Source of the DNA: Candidatus Krumholzibacteriales bacterium
Lineage (GTDB): Bacteria > Krumholzibacteriota > Krumholzibacteriia > Krumholzibacteriales > WJIX01
Assembly: GCA_046483305.1 (NCBI GenBank)
Contig: JAWODM010000046.1
Coordinates: 72,145 to 136,144 of the forward strand
Direction of reading: 5' to 3'
Length of the DNA stretch: 64,000 bases
Shown: positions 47,877-56,539 of the stretch, piece after piece
Position numbering within the stretch: the first letter of the stretch is position 1
Layout of the letters: each line of letters begins with the position of its first letter
The notes under the pieces: generated by a model
Told to the model about the DNA's origin: nothing
Database searches by the model: none
The model's input: the letters and a program-made list of their open reading frames with translations, nothing else
Program-made: the position numbers and the translations under genes

Positions 47877-50015
47877 TCACCTACCGTAACGTTTAACCGT
47901 CAGGGCGATTTCAAAATTCTCTTCGCGGCCCTTCTTGAGCTCCAGAGGCCATACCGGAAGCAGGGCTGTCCCCTGATATACCGATTCAAAACCGGATTCG
48001 GAATTTGAAACCGTCTCTATGGGGAACCTCCACAGAACGGCCGCCGGAGAGAACTCCATGCTTATCTCTATCCCGAGCCATTCGTCCACCGCGGAGACCT
48101 TCCCCACTTCATCCAGCTCTCCGCGGGAGGCCAGTTTGGACCTGTTTCCATCAGGGAACAGGAAATAGCGGTCGGGCGCGTCCCCTGCCAGAAGCGAGAG
48201 ACAGTTCTGGACAGCAAAACGGCAATTCAGATCCGAATCAGGGCTGAACAGGGAATACGAAACTCTGAAACCGGCGGAAGAGGCATCCGCGCTGACCAGC
48301 TTGTCCATCTTCACTCTGCTCCGCCCCCGCCCGGCCCGGATATAGCCTTCCCTGGTGAAAAGCAGCAGGTTGCTCTTCTTTTTCCTCTCAACCACCCGGT
48401 GAGAAAACAGCCCTTCCCGGAAATCCCCTATCTCGTCATACGACGACCCGGAGAATGAATCCAGGTCGACGCCTTCCGGGAAAAAGTGGTCCTGGAAAGA
48501 AAGCCTCTGGTAGCCGTCATAGACTATCCTCTTGTCAAGATCTCCCTCTTTCGCCCTGTTGATCTGATGAATACTTACCACATCTTCTGAGTTATCCTGC
48601 TGATTCCCGCCGACATCATCATGATATATTTCTCTTCGCCTTCTCAGAATATCGGTAAGGTTAAAGGGCGGCGAGAATATATCCAATTCTCTCAGCGATG
48701 CTCCCTCCGCCTTGAAATGAAGTTTCAGGTAAGCTGTTTTCAGAATCACTTCTCCGGTGCCGTCACCGTCAAGGTCCCGGGAGTAAACCTTGAGGTAATC
48801 CTTCCCCTTTTCCAGGGAGGTTTCGATTATCCTCTCCGCTTCGATGAGGTGCCTGTAGATGGCACTTCTCAGGTGCGGCAGATACAACCCCCCGAATAGG
48901 CCGTGCCAGTATGCGCAGTTGCATTGAGCCTGGTACAGGTGGTTTACGGCTTCTTCCCAGACCTTTCCGTAACCGGTTCGAGCTCCGTAATCTTCTACCA
49001 GTTCGCTGATTTCCAGCATTCTCTTGTGCATCCAGTTGCTTTCCTCGTACTTCACCAGGAAATTTCTCCAGAATCCTCCCCTGACCATATCGGTGAATTC
49101 CTTCATCTGATCATCGGATTCGAGAAATCCGGTGACCTTTCGGTGCCTCTGCCGGGCGGCGAGGGGGAGGGCCCATTCCATCATTTCCGTGTAGGAGGCG
49201 GTGGGAAGATACACCATACCGCCGGAGGAACGGCTGTCTATGACCCGCGAAAAAGTACTTACCTCAATCCAGTCGCTGTTCTTCCCCAGAAGGTCCAGGA
49301 ACCTCCGCAGCCAATTCCTGCGGTAGACCAGATCGTGGGTCCCCGGCCAGACCCCGAACTTTTCGCCGTCGTCGGCGAGTACCGCCACCGGGTTTTCCCC
49401 CTGGCGGGCGACTTCACGGAGATGCGATATGGTCTCTTCCGGTTCGCTGAAGGGTATCAGGTATCTCAGTTTTTCATCTATGGGAAATATCTTCACATAT
49501 CTCCCGTTATCCTCGGAATTGAAGAAGGTCCTCATCTCCGGGCCGGAGAAACCTATCGATTTGAAGTGGGCGTCGTCTACTATCACGAATTCTATCCCCG
49601 CCTCCGCCAGGATGCCGGGCAGGTTCGGTTCCCATATCCTCTCTGTAAGCCAGCAGCCCCTCGGTTCGGCATTGAGCTTTCCCCTGATGAAACTGTTCAT
49701 CCTGGAAAGCTGCCCAAGCCGGTCATGCTCCGGTATGACTGTAAGTATAGGCTCGTAATACCCCGCCGACAGAATCTCGACCTGGGACCTTTCAACCATT
49801 TCCTCTATTATCTCCAGGTATTCCTCTCTTCCCTCAGCAAACCAGTCCCACAGAATACCGCTGTTGTGAAGCGCGAAAGGAATATCCGGAAAATCGTTCA
49901 TTACCTCCAGGAAGGGAAGGTACGATTTCTGGTAAGCATCCTCTATGACGTAATCAAAGTTGCCTACCGGCTGATGATTATGTATACCAAGAACAAAGGT
50001 AACCTTTTCCCCCAT
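47877..50015 (-). CDS. GH57 4-alpha-glucanotransferase / alpha-amylase (DUF1925/DUF1926 domains), cytoplasmic
   Basis: HNHQPVGN, catalytic WLTERIWEP and DDGEKFGVWPGT, AQCNCAYWHGLFGGLYLPHLR, ETVSNSESGFE.VYQG; no signal peptide. Confidence 0.92.
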   Translation of the reverse strand: MGEKVTFVLGIHNHQPVGNFDYVIEDAYQKSYLPFLEVMNDFPDIPFALHNSGILWDWFAEGREEYLEIIEEMVERSQVEILSAGYYEPILTVIPEHDRLGQLSRMNSFIRGKLNAEPRGCWLTERIWEPNLPGILAEAGIEFVIVDDAHFKSIGFSGPEMRTFFNSEDNGRYVKIFPIDEKLRYLIPFSEPEETISHLREVARQGENPVAVLADDGEKFGVWPGTHDLVYRRNWLRRFLDLLGKNSDWIEVSTFSRVIDSRSSGGMVYLPTASYTEMMEWALPLAARQRHRKVTGFLESDDQMKEFTDMVRGGFWRNFLVKYEESNWMHKRMLEISELVEDYGARTGYGKVWEEAVNHLYQAQCNCAYWHGLFGGLYLPHLRSAIYRHLIEAERIIETSLEKGKDYLKVYSRDLDGDGTGEVILKTAYLKLHFKAEGASLRELDIFSPPFNLTDILRRRREIYHDDVGGNQQDNSEDVVSIHQINRAKEGDLDKRIVYDGYQRLSFQDHFFPEGVDLDSFSGSSYDEIGDFREGLFSHRVVERKKKSNLLLFTREGYIRAGRGRSRVKMDKLVSADASSAGFRVSYSLFSPDSDLNCRFAVQNCLSLLAGDAPDRYFLFPDGNRSKLASRGELDEVGKVSAVDEWLGIEISMEFSPAAVLWRFPIETVSNSESGFESVYQGTALLPVWPLELKKGREENFEIALTVKRYGR

Positions 50016-50031
50016 ATTCGCTCCATTCAGT

Positions 50032-50505
50032 TCAGACTATCCTGGAATTCAGGATCACTTTCTCATCTCCCGGCAGCGCCCTGGCTTCAAGGGTCACACT
50101 TCTCTTGACCAGTTCACGGAGAGCCCGCTTTTCTTCATCGCTTATATATATTTTATCCATCAGCAATTCCCTTGAGCCCGAATAGTGCATCCCCCCTATA
50201 TTTATCTCATCAAACTCGAGGCCGGCCTGGTAAAGCCTCAGGGCCTGGACCGGATCCCTTATTATCATCAACACTCTTTCCTTATCGTATACCCCCGCGT
50301 TTATTCTTTCCGCGGCCTTCTCTATGGGAAGGATGGTAACCTTTATATCCGGATTGACCGACGAGGAAAAAATCCTTCTTTCCCACTCGTCGCAGGCAAC
50401 CTGGTCGTCGGCCAGGATTATTCTGTCCGGGCGGCATTTTTCATACCATCCCACTACCACCTGAGCGTGAATCAGCCTGTCATCTATCCTTATCAGAGTC
50501 AGCAT
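50032..50505 (-). CDS. PTS mannose/sorbose family IIB component
   Basis: RIDDRLIHAQV (phospho-His), INIGGM. Confidence 0.92.
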   Translation of the reverse strand: MLTLIRIDDRLIHAQVVVGWYEKCRPDRIILADDQVACDEWERRIFSSSVNPDIKVTILPIEKAAERINAGVYDKERVLMIIRDPVQALRLYQAGLEFDEINIGGMHYSGSRELLMDKIYISDEEKRALRELVKRSVTLEARALPGDEKVILNSRIV

Positions 50506-50562
50506 CAACCCTTTCCTTCAATCAAATTACGTACTTTGCGGTGTTATATTGCGGGAAACTGG

Positions 50563-50961
50563 TCAGATCCGGTCACAGCTGATGCTCTCGCGGCCCCGCT
50601 TCACCAGGTGATCCACCATCTCGTCGAAATCCATGATCTTCCGTTTTGTCGCGAAATCGAGCAGAACCGGAAGATTAACCCCGCTGATTATAATCGCATT
50701 CTTCAACCCCTTCACCGCCCGGAAACAGCTATTAAAGCATGAACCACCGCAGTAGTCAACAAACATGACCAGCCGTTCAGCTCTGCTCCCGGCGATTATT
50801 TCCTTGATTTTCTCAATCACCGCGTCATCCGACAGATCCCCGCTGCAGACCGGTACCAGGCCATCCACCCTGCCCAGTATCAGATTGACGGTTTTCTTCA
50901 GCTCCTCCGCCAGAGAACCGTGGGTAATGATAATCCCGACTATATTCTCCGAATTACTCAT
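50563..50961 (-). CDS. PTS mannose/fructose family IIA component
   Basis: IITHGSLA (phospho-His), D..GGS..N, SGVNLP. Confidence 0.92.
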   Translation of the reverse strand: MSNSENIVGIIITHGSLAEELKKTVNLILGRVDGLVPVCSGDLSDDAVIEKIKEIIAGSRAERLVMFVDYCGGSCFNSCFRAVKGLKNAIIISGVNLPVLLDFATKRKIMDFDEMVDHLVKRGRESISCDRI

Positions 50962-51938
50962 TATTCCGTATCATTCCTCAGATATCTTCTGGTCCTCTTC
51001 TTACTCTTGACCCAGTCACTTATCTTGTCATCGAGGCTCTTGGCCGCGTTTATTCCGTAAATCTTGAGCATATGGTCCAGAGCGATGGTTTCGGCGATAA
51101 CCGTGATATTCTTGCCGGGGAATATCGGTATTATAAGATTGCGGATCTTGCTTCCCAGTATTTCTGTATGCTTCTCGTCCAGGCCGTGCCTGTCCCAGTC
51201 TCTTCCCGGGTCCCAATCCTTGAGCTCCACCACCACCTCTATCCTCTTCTGGATTCTTATGGCCCTGATCCCGTAGGTATCCATTACATTAATTATCCCT
51301 ATACCCCTCAGTTCCATGAAATGCTTCAGAAACTCCTGGCCTCTGCCTATCACCACATCTCCCCTTCTGAGGATTTCCACCACATCATCCGCCACCAGCC
51401 GGTGGCCCCGCTCAACCAGGTCCAGGACTATCTCACTCTTGCCTATACCGCTTCTTCCGGTGAACATCAGGCCTACCCCGTAAACGTCCACCAGAGAGCC
51501 GTGAATTTTTGTCCGGGGAGCAAAGTAATAATCGAGTATCTCTGTCAGCTCATGAATAAAGGGGGTGGTTTCCTGAGTTGTCCTGAGAACAGGTATCGAA
51601 TTCCTCTCCGCTTCGTCAATGAATGCTTCCGGCATATCCAGGCCCTTGGTTATAATAATACAGCAGAGCGGCTGGGAGAAGATCCTCCGGGCCGCGTCCC
51701 TTATCTGTCCGGAATCGAGCGAACTGAGAAATAGTGTCTCTGTCTCGGCTATAATCTGTATTCTGGTGTTCAGGTAATTTTCCATGAATCCGGAGAGGGC
51801 GAAAGCGGGCCTGTGCACGTCGGAACTGGTAATATTCAGAGGGCCCTTGAGGCTGGAGGTCAGAAGTTCAAGCTCCAGTTCCTCCCTGTTGTCCTTGAAA
51901 AAATCCTCTACCGTATATTCTCTTTCTTTCTCTACCAT
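50961..51938 (-). CDS. hprK: HPr kinase/phosphorylase
   Basis: HGSLVDVYGVG, GRSGIGKSE, GHRLVADD, MELRGIGIINV. Confidence 0.96.
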   Translation of the reverse strand: MVEKEREYTVEDFFKDNREELELELLTSSLKGPLNITSSDVHRPAFALSGFMENYLNTRIQIIAETETLFLSSLDSGQIRDAARRIFSQPLCCIIITKGLDMPEAFIDEAERNSIPVLRTTQETTPFIHELTEILDYYFAPRTKIHGSLVDVYGVGLMFTGRSGIGKSEIVLDLVERGHRLVADDVVEILRRGDVVIGRGQEFLKHFMELRGIGIINVMDTYGIRAIRIQKRIEVVVELKDWDPGRDWDRHGLDEKHTEILGSKIRNLIIPIFPGKNITVIAETIALDHMLKIYGINAAKSLDDKISDWVKSKKRTRRYLRNDTE

Positions 51939-51968
51939 ATTCCTTCCTGCCGTCTGAGCGACCCTATC

Positions 51969-52514
51969 CTATAACCTTATAACTCCGTAGTTCCCATCCA
52001 CCCGCCTGTAAACAAAACTCAATTCGTCAGTATCAATATTATTGAAAAGCAGATATTCCTTCTGTTGCGTCTCCATAGCCTTAATCGCCTCCCTCACCGT
52101 CATATCTGAAAGATTATAAGCGGCCGCTTCACCCATCTCAATCCCATTTTCACTCTCCACGCTTTCCGCTTTTATTACGAATTCCCTGGGATACATTTCC
52201 TTCTTGACGTTTTTCCTGTGGTTCTGATGATTGGCATGAAGCTTTCCCTTGTATTTCTTTATCTGCCTCTCCAGGTCTTTTGCGCACATATCTATACTCA
52301 AATACATATCTTCCGATTCTTCAGTGGAAGAAAAAATGTGGCCCTGTACCTGAAGATTAACCTCAGCGATATTGCGTATTTTCTCGATAGACATTATAAC
52401 ATCTATATTCAGAATGTTGTCGAAGTATCTCTTCAGCTTCGCCATCTTTCTGCGGATGTGAGTAATAAGTTCAGGACTTGCCTTAAAATGTCTCGCTGTG
52501 GTGGTTATATTCAT
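51969..52514 (-). CDS. hpf: Ribosome hibernation promoting factor, long form
   Basis: MNITTTARH, DMY.SID...LERQIKKYK, C-terminal MT..EA...M and VYRR.DGNYG. Confidence 0.92.
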   Translation of the reverse strand: MNITTTARHFKASPELITHIRRKMAKLKRYFDNILNIDVIMSIEKIRNIAEVNLQVQGHIFSSTEESEDMYLSIDMCAKDLERQIKKYKGKLHANHQNHRKNVKKEMYPREFVIKAESVESENGIEMGEAAAYNLSDMTVREAIKAMETQQKEYLLFNNIDTDELSFVYRRVDGNYGVIRL

Positions 52515-52531
52515 GCTGGATCCTCCTCAAA

Positions 52532-53440
52532 TCAATTACCCGGCTCTGGCGGGTATTTATCGCGAAACAGGTCAACATTTATTTCCTGATAGGAACTTCT
52601 GACCAGCGGCCCTGCCGTCACCCCCCTGAATCCCATCTGATACCCCTTACGCTCATAGCGCCTGAAGGTTTCGGGGGTAATATATTCGCTGACAGGAATC
52701 TGCTTCAATCCCGGCCTTAGATACTGGCCAATGGCGAGAAAATCGCATCCGGCCTGTCTGAGGTCCTTCATGGTAGAAAAGATTTCATCTTCACTTTCAC
52801 CCAGGCCCAGCATCATAGCCGATTTTGTAATCAACCGTTCCCCTCCTTCCTTCCCGGCTAAGGAGAGAACATTGAGCGATCTTTCATAATCAGCCCCCTT
52901 TCTCACTGTTCCGTAAAGAGTTCTTACCACCTCTATATTGTGGGAAAAGATATCCGGGCCGGAATCGACAACTCTCATTATATCATCCCTGCTGCCCTGG
53001 AAATCAGGTACCAGCACTTCTATCGCCGGCGGTTCGGGCGTCTCCCTGAGCCGCCGGACCACCCCCGCAAAGATACCGCTGCCGCCGTCCTCCAGGTCAT
53101 CACGGGTAACCGAGGTTACTACCACATGATCCAATCCCAGCTCGGAAACCGCTTCGGCTATCTTCCCCGGCTCACCGCTGTCGGGAGGGCCGGGGAGCCC
53201 GCTTCTTACGCTGCAGAAAGCGCAGTCGCGGGTACAGACACTTCCCAGAATCATAAAGGTCACCTTATCTCTGGAATAGCATTCCGCCCGGTTGGGACAG
53301 AGGCCTTCTCTGCAGATGGTATGCAGTCCACGCCTTCTGATTACTCTCTCAATCCGGGAACATTCACCGAGGTTTGGAATTTTCCTTTTCAGCCAGGGAG
53401 GCAAACTTCTGGAACGGTTAGATTTCCTGATAACTTCCAT
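52532..53440 (-). CDS. lipA: Lipoyl synthase
   Basis: CX4CX5C (CREGLCPNRAEC), CX3CX2C (CTRDCAFC), TSVTRDDL.DGG, GQYL.P, VRSSY. Confidence 0.96.
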   Translation of the reverse strand: MEVIRKSNRSRSLPPWLKRKIPNLGECSRIERVIRRRGLHTICREGLCPNRAECYSRDKVTFMILGSVCTRDCAFCSVRSGLPGPPDSGEPGKIAEAVSELGLDHVVVTSVTRDDLEDGGSGIFAGVVRRLRETPEPPAIEVLVPDFQGSRDDIMRVVDSGPDIFSHNIEVVRTLYGTVRKGADYERSLNVLSLAGKEGGERLITKSAMMLGLGESEDEIFSTMKDLRQAGCDFLAIGQYLRPGLKQIPVSEYITPETFRRYERKGYQMGFRGVTAGPLVRSSYQEINVDLFRDKYPPEPGN

Positions 53441-53469
53441 CCGGTTATTTCAGTTCAGGTCTTATTCAG

Positions 53470-54864
53470 TTAAAATACTTTCCTGTGTCTCGCCGGGAGT
53501 ATTCCCAGCTGCTCTCTGTATTTGGCAACCGTTCTTCTTGCGATCACCAATCCTTCTTCCTTAAGAATATTAGCAATTTTCTGATCACTCAACGGTTTCT
53601 TTGAATTTTCTTTTTCAATTATCTCCTCGATCCTGACTTTGGCGCTTCTGGATGAGACTTCGCTTCCCGATCTGGTGTTGAGTTTGGCGCTGAAGAAGAA
53701 TTTCAGTTCGTAAACTCCCCGGGGAGTCTGAACGTACTTATTGGTGGTCACCCTGCTGACCGTTGACTCGTGCATATCTATTTCGGAAGCGACCTGCTGC
53801 AGGGTCAGAGGCTTGAGCGCGATAACACCTTTCTCGAAGAATTCGCTCTGTTTCTCCACGATAGATTCCATAACCTTGATCATGGTCCTTCGCCGCTGCT
53901 CTATGGTCTGTATCAGCCATTTGGCATTCTTCAGTTTATCCTTTATGAAATCTTTTGTCTTCTCGGTTATATTGGGGTTGTTTTTCAGTTCATCCCGGTA
54001 AGCCTTACTTATTCTCAGCCTGGGCACATTCTTCTCATTGAGGGAAATTACGTACTTGTCCCCGACTCTGTCCACAATCAGGTCCGGTATCACATATTTG
54101 GGATTATCAGCGGTGACGTTGAGGCCGGGTTTAGGATCGAGCCTTCCAATTATCTCCGACTGAGCCTGAACCTCGTGCAGGGATATCTTCATTTTCTTGC
54201 TGATATTGTTGTACCGCTTCTGTTTGAATTCGTCAAAATAATCGCGCAGGATTTCCGCCGCCCTGGTATCGGCCAGCTCTTTCCTCTCCAACTGAAGCAG
54301 CAGGCATTCCTGAAGATTTCTGGCCCCCACTCCCGCCGGGTCAAAGGTCTGAATCAGATCGAGAACATTTTTAACCTTCTCTTCTTCAACCTCGAAAGTT
54401 CTCGCCACATCACTCAACTCTATCGGAAGATAACCTGATTCGTCCAGATTCCCTATCAGGTACTCCCCTGCTTCCAGAGTGAAATCATCATCAGTGGACA
54501 GGCGCAGCTGGCTGAGGAGATGGTCCGAAAAGCTCTGACGCGCCACCGGTACGCGCTCCAGCATTTCTTCCCTCTCTTCCCTCTCTTCATTTCCCGTCCC
54601 CCCCATACCAAAGGCGGTTTCGAAGACGTCTTCCCAGTCGGCATCTTCTTCCTCCTCTTTCTCGTTCTCCTCGTCCTTTTCCTTTTCCTCCATCTCTTTC
54701 AGCTCCTCTTCCTCTTCCAGGAGCGGGTTCTGGAGAATTTCCTGCTTGAGAACCTGCTGCAGCTCCAGGGTGGGCATCTGAAGAAGTTTAAGAGCCTGCT
54801 GCAGACGTGGAGTCATAACCAGCCGCTGCTGCATTTTAGTATGCATACCCATCTTCATTTCCAT
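53470..54864 (-). CDS. rpoN: RNA polymerase sigma-54 factor
   Basis: TPRLQQALKLLQ, NPLLE, DPAGVGAR, HESTVSR, RpoN box ARRTVAKYRE. Confidence 0.98.
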   Translation of the reverse strand: MEMKMGMHTKMQQRLVMTPRLQQALKLLQMPTLELQQVLKQEILQNPLLEEEEELKEMEEKEKDEENEKEEEEDADWEDVFETAFGMGGTGNEEREEREEMLERVPVARQSFSDHLLSQLRLSTDDDFTLEAGEYLIGNLDESGYLPIELSDVARTFEVEEEKVKNVLDLIQTFDPAGVGARNLQECLLLQLERKELADTRAAEILRDYFDEFKQKRYNNISKKMKISLHEVQAQSEIIGRLDPKPGLNVTADNPKYVIPDLIVDRVGDKYVISLNEKNVPRLRISKAYRDELKNNPNITEKTKDFIKDKLKNAKWLIQTIEQRRRTMIKVMESIVEKQSEFFEKGVIALKPLTLQQVASEIDMHESTVSRVTTNKYVQTPRGVYELKFFFSAKLNTRSGSEVSSRSAKVRIEEIIEKENSKKPLSDQKIANILKEEGLVIARRTVAKYREQLGILPARHRKVF

Positions 54865-54881
54865 AGTTCAGTTATCCTCCG

Positions 54882-55595
54882 TTATAGCTGAAACGATTCA
54901 CCCAAATAAATTTCCCGGACAGTCGGATCCGAGGCCAGTTCATCGGAATTGCCCGATTTCTTTATCCGTCCCTCGTACATTATATAGGACCGGTCAGTAA
55001 TGGAGAGGGTCTCCCTGACATTATGGTCCGTGATCAGTACCCCGATCCCTCTTTCCTTCAGCTTGATCACAATCTCCTGCAGATCTGCCACCGCTATCGG
55101 ATCTATACCGGCGAATGGCTCGTCCAGAAGCATGAAAGAAGGGTCGGTTACCAGAGACCGGGTTACTTCCACGCGCCTTCGCTCCCCGCCCGAGAGTTGG
55201 TATCCGTAACTCTTTCTTACATGCTTGATATTAAGCTCATCAAGAAGGTCCTCAATCATTTCGTCCTGCCGCTTGGTCGGAATCGAGAGAGTTTCCATGA
55301 TGGCTCTTATATTATCCTCAACTGTCAGTTTCCTGAAGATGGAGGGTTCCTGAGGCAGATACCCTATTCCCAGGCGGGCTCTCCGGTACATCGGCAGCCC
55401 GGTAATATCCCTCTTGTCGAAGTAAACTTTACCGCTATCGGGCTTGATCATACCCACAATAATATAAAAGGTGGTTGTCTTGCCCGCCCCGTTGGGCCCC
55501 AGCAGCCCCACTATCTCTCCTTCGGAAACGGAGATGGAAACTTCATCCACTACCCGGGCCTTGCGGTATGCTTTCACTATTTCGCGGGTCCTCAA
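54882..55595 (-). CDS. lptB: LPS export ABC transporter ATP-binding protein
   Basis: [48 protein letters not shown]; start uncertain (TTG 55595, or CTG 55604/55640). Confidence 0.96.
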   Translation of the reverse strand: MRTREIVKAYRKARVVDEVSISVSEGEIVGLLGPNGAGKTTTFYIIVGMIKPDSGKVYFDKRDITGLPMYRRARLGIGYLPQEPSIFRKLTVEDNIRAIMETLSIPTKRQDEMIEDLLDELNIKHVRKSYGYQLSGGERRRVEVTRSLVTDPSFMLLDEPFAGIDPIAVADLQEIVIKLKERGIGVLITDHNVRETLSITDRSYIMYEGRIKKSGNSDELASDPTVREIYLGESFQL

Positions 55596-55632
55596 GCTTT
55601 TCAGGTTCTCTCCGGAATTATTGTCTTGCTGG

Positions 55633-56232
55633 TTACTCAGTTTTACTTCCCTCCGCCTCTGTCTTCAACTCTTTATCTACCCTGCCGTCCTTATCATACA
55701 TGTCTCCATCCACATTTCTCACGATATCGAATTCCTTGAGGCCGGGGTATCCCCGGAAACCGTAACCCTCCACCACATCGCCATCCCTGGTGAATTTCAC
55801 GTAATCCTCCGTCTGAATTCTCCCCTTCTCCTGGATCCATACCAGACTCTCTGTTTCCAGCAGGTATCCTTCGCTGCTCTTTACCACCACGTTGCCTATA
55901 GCGGTAAGATCGCGGGTTTTCTGGTCTATCTCTCCCTTTTCTGCGTTCATCACCGAAGTGACCTTACCGTCTTCATCGTAGAAGTGGATCACCGGGTTAT
56001 CCGTGACCAGAAGGTCCCTGCCGCTGTATACTCTCGCCACCGGAGCGGTTATCTTCCATTTGACCTTCCCCGAGTCGCTCTCTATGGTGGTAAAATCGTA
56101 TATCACCTGGTCACAAATCTCCGGTTCATCAATGCTGTATTCATCGCCGCTGCGGTCGCAGCATATCAGCAGGAAAGGTATCAGCGCTGATAAGGCGGCT
56201 AATGTCAGATCTCTTTTCAGGTATCTCTTCAT
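55633..56232 (-). CDS. lptC: LPS export periplasmic protein LptC
   Basis: N-terminal hydrophobic/lipobox-like segment, beta-jellyroll pattern (W.I.A..A, GNVVV.S, L.TE.L.W), position upstream of lptB. Confidence 0.85.
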   Translation of the reverse strand: MKRYLKRDLTLAALSALIPFLLICCDRSGDEYSIDEPEICDQVIYDFTTIESDSGKVKWKITAPVARVYSGRDLLVTDNPVIHFYDEDGKVTSVMNAEKGEIDQKTRDLTAIGNVVVKSSEGYLLETESLVWIQEKGRIQTEDYVKFTRDGDVVEGYGFRGYPGLKEFDIVRNVDGDMYDKDGRVDKELKTEAEGSKTE

Positions 56233-56327
56233 ATCAATTTGAATCCTGTTGCCGGCACGTAATGCCTTATTCCGTTGTTGTTATCAGTTGATGCGGGAGA
56301 AGGCCGGTTCGCCTCCCTCACTTTATG

Positions 56328-56356
56328 ATATTAAACTGTGTGGTCTTTATAGTCAA
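56328..56356 (-). promoter_or_regulatory. Candidate sigma70 promoter for lptC-lptB-rpoN
   Basis: TTGACT-N17-TAATAT on the minus strand. Confidence 0.5.
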
Positions 56357-56371
56357 GCAATTACTGTGCCA
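56356..56371 (-). promoter_or_regulatory. Sigma54 -24/-12 consensus site
   Basis: TGGCAC-AGTAA-TTGCT, an exact match to TGGCAC-N5-TTGCW, upstream of the operon containing rpoN. Confidence 0.75.
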
Positions 56372-56539
56372 TACCGGTCATAAATAGTGCACTGCCATCT
56401 GTTGTGATAACAACAGCTTACGGCTCCGATTGCGGGAGATTCCCCCGCGAAACGGTTTTGGCCTCAAACCGCTGAAAATCATCCGCCACCCGGTTATAAA
56501 CCAGGTAGCCCCGGCAAGTTCCCTGAACCCTTCTGCGGT

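Noticed and set aside
48903..50108. 401-aa plus-strand ORF
   Set aside because: Antisense shadow of the GH57 gene
56253..56266. Second sigma54-like motif CGGCACGTAATGCC
   Set aside because: Spacing is GG-N8-GC, not the required GG-N10-GC
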